Under the pieces are notes generated by a model. That model saw only the letters and a list, made by a program, of their open reading frames with translations, had not been told where the DNA came from and ran no database searches. Position numbers and translations under genes: made by a program. This document shows positions 20,464 to 30,055 of a stretch of 64,000 nucleotides of DNA, in pieces. Within the stretch, counting starts at the first letter, position 1; every line of letters begins with the position of its first letter. Source of the DNA: a bacterium. GTDB taxonomy: Bacteria > UBA8248. The stretch is from the NCBI GenBank assembly GCA_965200245.1, contig CBDATS010000004.1:1-64000 (forward strand). Reading direction: 5' to 3'.

Positions 20464-21470
20464 GACCTGCACAACCGCCGCTCGATCAAATCCACGAAAG
20501 CAGGCTTTATTTCAATCCCCACCCACCGTCGCCCGAGTTCATGCGCCGCCAGAAGCGTTGTCCCCGAACCCGCATACGGGTCGAGTACAATGCTGTCCTC
20601 GCGACTTGTGATGGCTACACAGCATCTGGCAAGCGACAGAGGCATCATCGCGGGGTGATCATCTGCTTTCCCGTTCACGCGCTTTACCGGCTCCGTGGGA
20701 ATCTCCCAAACCGTTCGGAGGCGGCGACCATGCGGCCCCTTGACGATTTCGTGGCCGTAGTAATAGCCCATGCCTTTCGACAGGAGGAAAACTGTCTCAT
20801 GAGCTTTGGTTGGTCGGTCTCGAACAGACTCCGGATGAGCATTCGGCTTGTACCAGATGACTTCGCTGCGAACCCACCAACCCGCATCCTGCAGAGCGAA
20901 CGCCAACCTCCAGGGAACACCTATCAGGTCCTTCGGCTTGAGTCCTTCTGGCGTCGGCGGTCGTACGGCCATGGCGCGTGCACGGTTTTTTCGATCTGGC
21001 GCCCGATATCTCCGGTTGCCCGATGTGCAGGAATCACCAATGTTCAGCCAGACAGTCCCATCATCGCGCAGGACGCGTCTTATCTGCTCGAAGGCGCAAA
21101 CGATGCTATTGACATAGGTCTGCAGGCTGTCGTCCCGACCAATCTGTTCCTCGACCCCGTAATCGCGCAGTGACCAATAGGGCGGTGACGTGACAACCGT
21201 TTGAATGGAACTGTCCGGGAGAAGCTTCAGGGCCTGCGTGGCATCCCCGCACATCACCACTGAACGACTTATATCCTGGAATGGTGTTCTCTTCAGACTG
21301 TCTACCCGAATGTGTGACTGTTGCGCTTTCTTCCCCGCATCCGGTCGCGAATATGCAAAACGCCCAGATTGCACAATCCGGGCATTCGCCGTCGATCTGG
21401 CCTGTAAGATCCTGTCGTTCACGTGCCACCCATATCTGGAAATGTCAAACGCATAGCGAACGCTACTCAC
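20460..21470 (-). CDS. Beta-class amino-DNA methyltransferase, probably N4-cytosine (M.SmaI/Cfr9I-like); start uncertain
   Basis: VTSPPYWSLRDYG, KDLIGVPWRLAFALQ, HPAM, VLDPYAGSGTT. Confidence 0.88.
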   Translation of the reverse strand: MSSVRYAFDISRYGWHVNDRILQARSTANARIVQSGRFAYSRPDAGKKAQQSHIRVDSLKRTPFQDISRSVVMCGDATQALKLLPDSSIQTVVTSPPYWSLRDYGVEEQIGRDDSLQTYVNSIVCAFEQIRRVLRDDGTVWLNIGDSCTSGNRRYRAPDRKNRARAMAVRPPTPEGLKPKDLIGVPWRLAFALQDAGWWVRSEVIWYKPNAHPESVRDRPTKAHETVFLLSKGMGYYYGHEIVKGPHGRRLRTVWEIPTEPVKRVNGKADDHPAMMPLSLARCCVAITSREDSIVLDPYAGSGTTLLAAHELGRRWVGIEIKPAFVDLIERRLCRS

Positions 21471-21846
21471 ATGTTGCCCTGTTTCCCATCATCTCAACTA
21501 TTGGCAAACCAATCATTGCATAATTTGTGATGAAGCACACCGCCACTCGCTCGGTAGCCTGGCTCAAGGTCGCGCTGTCGAGAGGGACAAGCGGTTCGTC
21601 GTGGACGCCCGCCGATGCCTGAGCAGGGCGTTCTGTGACGTTGATGACGTGCTCGTGGACTTCGATGACGCGTGTTCACAGCCAGCATTGAAATGCTTAG
21701 GCTGAATTGGCGGAAAATCCACAGGTTACCCTGTTTACCCATCACTCGCAGATCGTCGAGCAGTCAAGACATTCGCAACGGCAGGTGCAGGTGCACGAAC
21801 CTGGGGTAACCACATAAATCACTGCAAGAAGGAGAAGCTGTCAAGG

Positions 21847-22089
21847 ATGACCGGCATTGGCACAAAAAGGGAGTGGTTCATCGGCTTGGATGTCGGTGGC
21901 TGGAACTGCGACAATAATCCGAGAAGCCGTGACGCCATCGTGATTCTCGACGCCAGGCATGAGATCGTTGACACTCCCTGGCGCGGTAACCTGCGGGATA
22001 CCATCAATAGCTGTTCTACGAGTACCGAGTGGATCGCAGAACTGTTCAAGTTGTGTGGGAGTAAAGTATGGGGTAGCGCACCACTTTAA
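21847..22089 (+). pseudogene. DUF429-like (RNase H-fold) protein N-terminal fragment
   Basis: FIGLDVGGWNCDNNPRSRDAIVILD...PWRGNLR; only 80 aa. Confidence 0.6.
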
Positions 22090-22280
22090 CGCACCCACGA
22101 ACCAGGACTTGCCTACATGACTTGTAAGTAGTTGATATATCGACCCAAAACTAAAATATTGGCAGATATGAGGGGGCCAAATCCTACCAACAAGGGTTTG
22201 AAGCAGAGAAAAACACAGGCTGCACATGCGAAATCGAAGAGGTCTGTAAGGATAGCCTCAATACACCGGATTCAACACCA

Positions 22281-23168
22281 TCACTTCATCGGCAGTTGAT
22301 TCACATAGGTCTGCGCCGCTTGTTTCAGGGTGCGTCCGCCATCTATCGTGTCCGGAGTCTCGGAAGCAAATGGCGTCTCAGCGAGAAGTCGATAAACTTC
22401 AAGGGAGCCTTGATGAAACTTCGGCGTGACACCTACGGATGAGAAAGTCGTGGCAATCTCCTCCATTTCTCCGACGTACCTCGCCGCGACGGAGGGGAGT
22501 CGCCGTGTTCCGGATTCTATCTCGCGGTAAAGAGTTTTCCGGCTGTTGATCATCTCTTTTTCGAACTCCTCGGTCAGTCCCATCGCTTCGGCAGCAATCA
22601 GAACGGCGGTTTGGAGCGCTAGTGTTCCTTTTCTCAGCGCGGCTGAGCACATTTTCAGGCCCGAAGCGCGGCCAATCTCGTTTCCGATGTCTCGCACGGA
22701 GATCCCGTTTCCGTCCAGTTGGGTCATCGGGTCGGTCCATTCGCCACTGACGTAGAATACCGGAACCTTGTCCACCCAGGGTGGCGGACCGACGATGATC
22801 CCGCCGTCGATGTAAACCCCTCCGGCTTGCGTGATGACTTTTCCCGCATGGCGGGTGGACTCAGGCGATATGGCGTTACAATCGACGTAGGGAGGAAGGT
22901 GGCCGGTGGCTTTCATAACCGCCGCGACTTCTCGGGCCATGTCCACAGCACAGGCAGGCGGCATGATGGAGAGTACGAGGTCCGCTTCTTCCAAAAGAGC
23001 TTTTAGTGTCGGAACATCCCGGAACCCCGCCGCCAGGGCCCTCTCACGCGTGAGTGCGCTGCGTCCCGAGAGGCAAGCGACAGCGTCGAATCCGTTTTCC
23101 CTCAAAACACCGCCTACAGCGCTTCCCAACTCTCCCGGACTTATGATAGCGATAGTCTGCACAGTCAT
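22281..23168 (-). CDS. NAD(P)-dependent oxidoreductase (6PGDH-like, DUF1932)
   Basis: ISPGELG, YVDCNAISP, ASGLKMC, RYVGEMEEIA. Confidence 0.85.
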   Translation of the reverse strand: MTVQTIAIISPGELGSAVGGVLRENGFDAVACLSGRSALTRERALAAGFRDVPTLKALLEEADLVLSIMPPACAVDMAREVAAVMKATGHLPPYVDCNAISPESTRHAGKVITQAGGVYIDGGIIVGPPPWVDKVPVFYVSGEWTDPMTQLDGNGISVRDIGNEIGRASGLKMCSAALRKGTLALQTAVLIAAEAMGLTEEFEKEMINSRKTLYREIESGTRRLPSVAARYVGEMEEIATTFSSVGVTPKFHQGSLEVYRLLAETPFASETPDTIDGGRTLKQAAQTYVNQLPMK

Positions 23169-23253
23169 GACGAACCTCTTTCATATGTTCCATTTACGCG
23201 TAAACCGCCGAAACGCGGTATGTCGGAAACGCATCGGGCCGGGCGGAACAAAC

Positions 23254-25002
23254 TCAGGCTACGAGCGCCTCCCTGCCCACTATCTTACGGAACAGGAGGA
23301 CACAGGCAAGGAGAACGAAAGTCTGGATTACGGAGAGGGTGCAAGTGAGCGATTCCGTCTCGTACTCCTGAAGGTAGTAGATGCCGGTGGACAGGGTCTC
23401 TGTACCCGCGGTGAACAGGATGATCGAGATGGAGAGTTCACGGATGAAGATGAGGAACATGAGAAGCCAGCCCGCGAAAATGCCCGGTTTCAAAAGCGGG
23501 ATGGTGATACGCCTGAGCGTAGTCGCCCAGGAGGCCCCGACGAGTCGGGAACTCTGCTCCAGTTCTTCCGAGACGGCGAGCATGACGGATGCCACGTTTC
23601 GCTGCCCGTAGGGGAAGAATCGGGTGACGTAGCCGAGCAGGAGTATCCAGAGAGTGCCATAGATAGGTGTCTTGATGTAGACGATGAGTATACCCATCCC
23701 GAGCACGATGCCCGGAAAACCCACGGGCACGGCGCACAGAAAATCGAGCAGACCAACGAACCTGCCCCGGCGGCGATGAATCTGGAAAGAAAGAATGATG
23801 GCCAGGACCATCGCGATCGTAGAACCCGATATGGCGAGGATGAAACTGTTCAAGATGCCGTTCGTCGCCGGCTTGATTACCGTGGGAGACCAAAAGAAAA
23901 GTATCCGCTCGTAATTCAGGGAGGTAAAATCCGCCGGTATGATCTTGCCCACCCATACGTTGTGGAGGCTTACTACGAGGATGCTGAAAATGGGCAGAAC
24001 GACCGTGACGAAAATGTAAAAGACATTGTACCCGAACGCCACCCATTTCCACCGGCCCAGGTCGATGAGGTTGGGCCGGAAGCCTTTACCGGTCACGGTC
24101 GTAAACTCCCGAGGGGCGATGACCCGCCGCTGCACCCAGATGAAAATGGCCGTGATCACGCCGAGCGTCATGCTCATGGCCGAGCCCATGTATGTGTTCG
24201 CCTGCTCGCTCACGGCCTTGGTGAATATCTGGGTGGTCAGGGTCTCCCAGCCGTACGGTGCGCCCAGCTTGAAAGGCACGCCGAATTCCCCGGCACTGGT
24301 GACGAAAACGATAATGGCACCCGAAAGGATGCCCGGCGCGACGAGCGGCAAGGAGACGGTCAGGGTGGTACGCAGCAGGCCCGCCCCGCTCACGCGCGCA
24401 CTGTCCTCAAGAGAGGGGTCCATGCGCCGCAGGGAACCCACGACGAAGAGATAGATGAGGGGCGTAAAGAAAATCCCCGTCACCCAGATGATGCCGAACA
24501 GATTGTTCACGTTCATTAGGGCGCCTTCTATACCGAACAGTTCGCGCGCCAGGTTGTTCAGCATCCCGACCTTGGGTGAGGCCAGATTGTGCCAGGCGAT
24601 CGCCCCGACAAAAGGGCTGAGGAAGAAAGGGATCAGGTTCATCGGCTCCAGCCTGTCGCTGAAGGGACAATTCGTCCGGGCGTTGATCCAGGCGAGAGAA
24701 ACACCCAGGAATGTAGCGAGCAGAGTGGCTCCCGAACTAACGAAAAGGGTGTTGAAGAATGATCTGCGGATGACGGGGTCCTCGAACATCTCCCGGTAGT
24801 TCTCGAGACCCCACTCCGCGCCGAATCCCAGATCGTCCAGCACGAGGAAGCTTCCCACCACCAGTGCGATCAGGGGTGTCACCACGATGAACGTGACGAA
24901 GATGCTGACGATGGCGGTGGCAAGATTTTCGGCCTGAAAGAAGTTTCGCAGGTGGTTCAGGTAGTGCCGGGGAACGGCCTCCAGCCTCGATGTATCAGCC
25001 AT
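23254..25002 (-). CDS. FbpB/ThiP-type ABC permease (two permease domains)
   Basis: Two EAA-like loops (LEDSARVSGA, LEQSSRLVGA), many TM segments. Confidence 0.9.
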   Translation of the reverse strand: MADTSRLEAVPRHYLNHLRNFFQAENLATAIVSIFVTFIVVTPLIALVVGSFLVLDDLGFGAEWGLENYREMFEDPVIRRSFFNTLFVSSGATLLATFLGVSLAWINARTNCPFSDRLEPMNLIPFFLSPFVGAIAWHNLASPKVGMLNNLARELFGIEGALMNVNNLFGIIWVTGIFFTPLIYLFVVGSLRRMDPSLEDSARVSGAGLLRTTLTVSLPLVAPGILSGAIIVFVTSAGEFGVPFKLGAPYGWETLTTQIFTKAVSEQANTYMGSAMSMTLGVITAIFIWVQRRVIAPREFTTVTGKGFRPNLIDLGRWKWVAFGYNVFYIFVTVVLPIFSILVVSLHNVWVGKIIPADFTSLNYERILFFWSPTVIKPATNGILNSFILAISGSTIAMVLAIILSFQIHRRRGRFVGLLDFLCAVPVGFPGIVLGMGILIVYIKTPIYGTLWILLLGYVTRFFPYGQRNVASVMLAVSEELEQSSRLVGASWATTLRRITIPLLKPGIFAGWLLMFLIFIRELSISIILFTAGTETLSTGIYYLQEYETESLTCTLSVIQTFVLLACVLLFRKIVGREALVA

Positions 25003-25080
25003 GGTGTCCCTTCAAGCGAGCGGCCCCGGAGCGGGGAGACGAAAGGGGCGCCTCCCCGCCCTTGGGCACGCCGCCACCGA

Positions 25081-26202
25081 TTAACGGAATACCTTCTGCC
25101 ACTCCCGGCGCATATTCTTGAACTTCTTCGCCGCGGCGGTTTGATCCTTGATGGGAAGGGTCTTTACCTTGTCGAAATCCATCATGTATTTCTTGACGGA
25201 CACGGGCGGCTTGTAACCCTTGAGCATGGAATAGAAGCTGATTTCCTCCTCGGCGACGATGTCCACCGCCTCCTTGGTCAGCAGGAAATCCATCAGCAAC
25301 TTCGCCGCGTTGGGATGCGCCGCACCCTTGACAACACCCGCCTGCATGCCGAAGAGAACGTGGCCGTCCTTGTAGGTGCCCCACCGCAGGAACTTGGCAA
25401 GGTCCGGCTTCTTGCGGATGATCTGGATCATCCGGCCGGTGAGGTTCCACATGTCAACGGCGCCTTCACAGTTCGCCATCAACTGCAGTTTCGCCGAGGT
25501 GCGAAAGCCCACCAGCGGATCGAGGGCCTTGAGCTTCTTCCACATTCCATGCACGTCGAATCCGTTCTCCATCAGACCGATGGTCGTGAGGGAGTAGGAG
25601 GTGCTCTTGGTAACGTCGCTGACGATGACTTTCCCCTTCAGCTTCGGGTTGTCCAGGATGTCGCTGTAGGAGTTGACCTTTAAGTCCCCTACGCCGGGGC
25701 ACCCCGAGTTCCAGACGGGCTGGAATGTGTAGGAAAAAGGAGCGATGAAGTGAGGGTAGTCATAAAAAACACCGCGAGCCTTGGCATTTTCCTCGTGATT
25801 CTTCCACTGGCCACTGTCCAGGGGGAGAAAGGCTCCCGCCTTGGCGGCGCCGATGAAAAACCCGGCGGAGGCGACAGCGACGGCATCGAAACTGAACTTG
25901 CCTGCCCGTATCTCCTGACGGGCCTGGGAAACGGTGGGTCCCGTACCCTTCTGGATAGAGGCCAGCTTGAAGCTGCTTCCCAGTCCATAACGCTTGATGA
26001 AAGCCGCGCTCAGGCGTCGGAACGTCGGGTTATTAAAGGAGGTTTGCAGGAAGGTGACGGCTCCTTCCTTTTTGGCGTGGGGAATCAGCTTTTTCTCCTG
26101 GGGCGAAATCGGGGTCGCGCCGAAGGCGGGGACAACGAAAACCGCGGCCAGGATCATGGCGAGAGAGATGCGGGCAAAACAGGTTTTCAGGGTCCACTGC
26201 AT
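25081..26202 (-). CDS. ABC substrate-binding protein (Fe3+/thiamine cluster)
   Basis: Signal peptide, AKKEGAV, AAHPNAAKLLMDFLL. Confidence 0.85.
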   Translation of the reverse strand: MQWTLKTCFARISLAMILAAVFVVPAFGATPISPQEKKLIPHAKKEGAVTFLQTSFNNPTFRRLSAAFIKRYGLGSSFKLASIQKGTGPTVSQARQEIRAGKFSFDAVAVASAGFFIGAAKAGAFLPLDSGQWKNHEENAKARGVFYDYPHFIAPFSYTFQPVWNSGCPGVGDLKVNSYSDILDNPKLKGKVIVSDVTKSTSYSLTTIGLMENGFDVHGMWKKLKALDPLVGFRTSAKLQLMANCEGAVDMWNLTGRMIQIIRKKPDLAKFLRWGTYKDGHVLFGMQAGVVKGAAHPNAAKLLMDFLLTKEAVDIVAEEEISFYSMLKGYKPPVSVKKYMMDFDKVKTLPIKDQTAAAKKFKNMRREWQKVFR

Positions 26203-26502
26203 ATCAATCTCCTTTTCGAGAGTTGCACAAGAAATACCGAAACGCATGTACACATTCACACCCTTCCGCAGGCTCTGCAGGAGGCGATTCAAACCGACTC
26301 TTCTACTGGCAACCAGAATCGGACCAACACCATATCTCTCATTATGCGGAAGACTCAACATACACTCATTCCGCTGTACGATATAGCCCGAACATGTATT
26401 TTTATATGAAAATACCGCAGGTTCAGGACCGGGTTTGCATTGACTGCCACCTGATTCCGAGGTCGATGACGAGACCGACCCGGCGTGCCCGGAAAGGGCG
26501 TC

Positions 26503-27636
26503 TTACTCCTCGCCTTCAGTTCGGGGCTGAACCCGCCACACCTCGATGATCGAACCGACGATGCCCCTGGGCGCCATCAATATCGTGATGACGAAGAACA
26601 GACCAATAATCAGGATCGCCCGTTCGGTGTATTCACCCAGAAAATCGTTCAGGTAATGGACGAAGCTCGCCCCGACGAATGGGCCGATCAGAGTGCCGAG
26701 CCCGCCCACGACCGACCAGATGACGATTTCCCCTGAATGGATCACGTCCATCTGTTCCGTGCCGATGATGCCGTTTTTCAGCAGCACCAATACCCCCGCC
26801 ACCGAGGTAAAAAAACCCGAAACCGCCGTATTGAGTATCTTGTAGGCATTTACGTTGTAGCCGAGGTAGGCGGCACGGCGCTCGTTCTCGCGTATGCCCA
26901 TGAACACCAGCCCGACAGGCGATCGCAAAAAGGCCCGCAAACACAGATAGGACGTGAACACGACACCGAACGTCAGATACCAGAAGTGTGTGAACTCCCC
27001 GGTCTCGACGCCGAACAGCCCGAAAAACCCGAGCGTAGGCAGATTGATCGTCATGCCGTCCTCACCGTTTGTCATCGAGACCCATGAATTCGCGACGATG
27101 AACGCCACGCTGCCGAATACAAGCGTGATGATGCCGAAATAGATGTCACGCACACGAACAGAGAACGCCCCCATGCAGGTCGTGAGTGCCGTTCCCAGGA
27201 AGACGGCGAATCCTATCGCCGCCCAGGGGCTCCACCCGAACCTGGTCATCATGATAGCGGCGCCATAGGCACCGACGCCCGCAAGTGCTGCGTGTGCGAA
27301 ACTGGCGAGTCCGACGAAGCCCATCATCACGTCGAGGCTCATGGCCAGAAGACCCAGGATGAGCATCTCGCTGTAGAAGCGCAGTTCGAAATCCCCGGCC
27401 CAAAGCGGCAGGCTCAGCCCCGCCGCGAATATGGCGGGAGCGGCCCACCTCACGCCGAAAAAAGGCTGGAGGCCGATCTTCACCCTTTCGGGCAGCCTGG
27501 ACAAAAACCATACGATGAGCGGCAACAAGGCGAGGATGGCGAGCAATTCCACAGCCGCCAGGACAGGCAACAGCCAGAACGTCACACCGATCAGGACGAT
27601 GACGGGAACCCCGATGCGAAGCGAGAGATCTATCAC
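26503..27636 (-). CDS. livM: Branched-chain amino acid ABC permease (LivM-like)
   Basis: GLASFAHAA, GIRENERRA, VGGLGTLIGP. Confidence 0.85.
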   Translation of the reverse strand: MIDLSLRIGVPVIVLIGVTFWLLPVLAAVELLAILALLPLIVWFLSRLPERVKIGLQPFFGVRWAAPAIFAAGLSLPLWAGDFELRFYSEMLILGLLAMSLDVMMGFVGLASFAHAALAGVGAYGAAIMMTRFGWSPWAAIGFAVFLGTALTTCMGAFSVRVRDIYFGIITLVFGSVAFIVANSWVSMTNGEDGMTINLPTLGFFGLFGVETGEFTHFWYLTFGVVFTSYLCLRAFLRSPVGLVFMGIRENERRAAYLGYNVNAYKILNTAVSGFFTSVAGVLVLLKNGIIGTEQMDVIHSGEIVIWSVVGGLGTLIGPFVGASFVHYLNDFLGEYTERAILIIGLFFVITILMAPRGIVGSIIEVWRVQPRTEGEE

Positions 27637-28517
27637 TCGAGACCTCTCTCACCCATCATTCCGTTGGGCCGGAATACCAAAAAGACCAGCAGCACGAGAA
27701 GGCTCAGAATCTGCGTCTGGGAGCCTTCCAGGAAAATCGATCCGATGGCCTCCAGTTCGCCAATCAAGAGTGCGGCGAGCATCGTCCCCGGCAAACTGCC
27801 GAGACCGCCCACGACGACGACGATGAAGGCGGCGACGATGATGTCTGACCCCATGGAATAGGAAACGCTGAATATCGGGGCGACGAGAACGCCACTCATC
27901 GCCGCGATCCCACAGCCGACCGTAAAGACCAACTGATACACCCTGGGCACGGGTACGCCCATGCAGGCGGCCATCTCCCGGTTCTGGATGGTCGCCTGAA
28001 TCCACACCCCCCACTTCGTTCGCGTGACGAACAACCAGAGCAGGAGCATGATGAGCGCAGCCACCCCCATGATGACGATCCGGTAGAGGGGAAATTCCAG
28101 GTCGAAAAAGGGAACCGAAGCCTTGATTGGCGGAGCCATGAACTTGCCGATGGTGCCGAAAATCGTCAAGGCCGCCTGCTGGAGTACGAGCGCCAGGCCA
28201 AAGGACACCAGCAGGGGGATGAATGGATTTCCTCCGTGCGTCGTCCGAAAGAGGCTTCGTTCTATGGCGAAGCCGAAGGCGGCGACGACGACGCCCGCGA
28301 TCACCACAGCACCCCAGAACCCGATAATGGCAGAGCCGAACTTGAGCGCGAGCCAACCCGCGAACGCGCCCGCCATGTAGAATTCCCCGTGAGCGAAATT
28401 GACGATGTTCATGACGCCGAGAATCAGGGTGAAGCCCGCGGCCACCAAAGCCAGCACGAGACCGTTCTGGAGGCCCATGACGGATTCGATGACCAGACGT
28501 TCCAGAAATTGTTCCAT
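27633..28517 (-). CDS. livH: Branched-chain amino acid ABC permease (LivH-like)
   Basis: GFTLILGVMNIVNFAHGE, VVGGLGS. Confidence 0.88.
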   Translation of the reverse strand: MEQFLERLVIESVMGLQNGLVLALVAAGFTLILGVMNIVNFAHGEFYMAGAFAGWLALKFGSAIIGFWGAVVIAGVVVAAFGFAIERSLFRTTHGGNPFIPLLVSFGLALVLQQAALTIFGTIGKFMAPPIKASVPFFDLEFPLYRIVIMGVAALIMLLLWLFVTRTKWGVWIQATIQNREMAACMGVPVPRVYQLVFTVGCGIAAMSGVLVAPIFSVSYSMGSDIIVAAFIVVVVGGLGSLPGTMLAALLIGELEAIGSIFLEGSQTQILSLLVLLVFLVFRPNGMMGERGLE

Positions 28518-29230
28518 CAGGAGACTCCCAGATGCTCGTGAAGGGTTTCGGAATCACTCAGGATGTCGATCGACTCGCCGCTGTGGACGATGCGGCCCTT
28601 GGCCATGACGTAGCCTCGCGCGCTGGTGCGCAGTGCAAGCCGATAATCCTGTTCAACGAGAAGGATGGCGATCTTGAGGTCCTCGCTCATCCACCGGATG
28701 ATTTGCTCTATCTCGTGGACCATGGCAGGCATCAGGCCCTCGGTGGGCTCATCAAGCAATATGAGTTTCGGCCTAGTCACGATCGCCCGTGCGAGGGCGA
28801 GCATTTGCTGCTCGCCGCCCGACAGGGTGGAGCCGACTTGTTCGGCCCGCTCCTTCAGGCGGGGGAACGATTCACATACGGCGTCCAGACTCTTTTGCTT
28901 CTCGCTTTCGCTCAAGGGCTGCAGGTCGAGGCCGATTCGCAGGTTCTGCATGACAGAAAGCCTCGGGAACACCTGCCTGTCCTCGGGAACGTATCCGATG
29001 CCAAGTGTCGCCATCCTGTAGGGTGGAACACCTGTGACGTCGTGGCCTGCAAAGAATATCCGCCCCCCTCGTGGCGGATTGAGACCCATGATCGTCCTCA
29101 TGGTGGTCGATTTGCCCACCCCGTTTCGCCCCAGCAGCGAGACGGTTTCACCCTCGCCGACCTCGAGGCTCACCCCCTGGAGGATGTGACTTTTCTCATA
29201 ATAGGAATGGACGGCTTCAAGCCGAAGCAT
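28517..29230 (-). CDS. livF: ABC ATP-binding protein (LivF-like)
   Basis: GRNGVGKST, LSGGEQQML, LLDEP. Confidence 0.9.
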   Translation of the reverse strand: MLRLEAVHSYYEKSHILQGVSLEVGEGETVSLLGRNGVGKSTTMRTIMGLNPPRGGRIFFAGHDVTGVPPYRMATLGIGYVPEDRQVFPRLSVMQNLRIGLDLQPLSESEKQKSLDAVCESFPRLKERAEQVGSTLSGGEQQMLALARAIVTRPKLILLDEPTEGLMPAMVHEIEQIIRWMSEDLKIAILLVEQDYRLALRTSARGYVMAKGRIVHSGESIDILSDSETLHEHLGVS

Positions 29231-29975
29231 CGGAACTCCTCAGGTATACGCGCTGCACGTCATCGTCGTTCCTGATCTCCTCGGGAGAACCCTCCGCGAT
29301 GATACGCCCCTGGTGGAATACGCTGATCGTCTCGGAGATGGACATCACGACCTCCATGTCGTGCTCCACCAAAACGATGCTCAGTTTCTTGGAGAGGCGC
29401 TTGATCAACTCCGCCGTCTCCTGCGTTTCGACCGCGCTCATACCTGCCGTCGGCTCATCCAAAAGCAGCAATTCAGGTGAAAGCGCGAGGGCGAGACCGA
29501 TTTCCAGATATTTCTGTTCCCCGTGGGCCAGGTTCGATGCCGGCTCCGTCCGCTTGGCGGACAATCCAATTTCTTCCAAAACCTCTTCCATCTTCTCCTC
29601 GACACCTGGATGCCCGGCGGCGTTTCGGAATGGATTGAAGCTCATGACACGGTTCTGCGCAGCGAGGCGAAGGTTTTCCGCCACTGTAAGGTCGGGAAAA
29701 ATGTTGGTGATCTGAAATGCGAGGCTAACACCTAACTTGCTGATTTTGTGGGGCGGCATGCGCGAGGTCTCGATCCCGTTGATCCGTATCTCGCCGCCCG
29801 AGGGCCGCTGCACGCCCATCAACATGCTGAAAAAGGTACTCTTTCCCGCGCCATTCGGGCCGATAATGGCCCGCAACTGACCTTCCGGGAGCCGGAAATT
29901 GACGCCATCGACCGCGAGCAGCGCACCGAACGACTTGGTCAGGGCCTTCGTCTCAAGAATGAAATCAGACACCAC
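29217..29975 (-). CDS. livG: ABC ATP-binding protein (LivG-like)
   Basis: GPNGAGKST, LLDEPTAGM, VEHDM; GTG start inferred. Confidence 0.9.
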   Translation of the reverse strand: MVSDFILETKALTKSFGALLAVDGVNFRLPEGQLRAIIGPNGAGKSTFFSMLMGVQRPSGGEIRINGIETSRMPPHKISKLGVSLAFQITNIFPDLTVAENLRLAAQNRVMSFNPFRNAAGHPGVEEKMEEVLEEIGLSAKRTEPASNLAHGEQKYLEIGLALALSPELLLLDEPTAGMSAVETQETAELIKRLSKKLSIVLVEHDMEVVMSISETISVFHQGRIIAEGSPEEIRNDDDVQRVYLRSSDASA

Positions 29976-30055
29976 GAGCCTTCCCGGTGAACGCGACGGC
30001 CGCCCCCTACCCTGTCCGTGTCGGGCAGGAGGCAACCTGCGTTGCTCGATTGAGA

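Noticed and set aside
23254-26202. ABC permease and binding protein with no adjacent ATPase
   Set aside because: Common arrangement; the ATPase is likely supplied from elsewhere.
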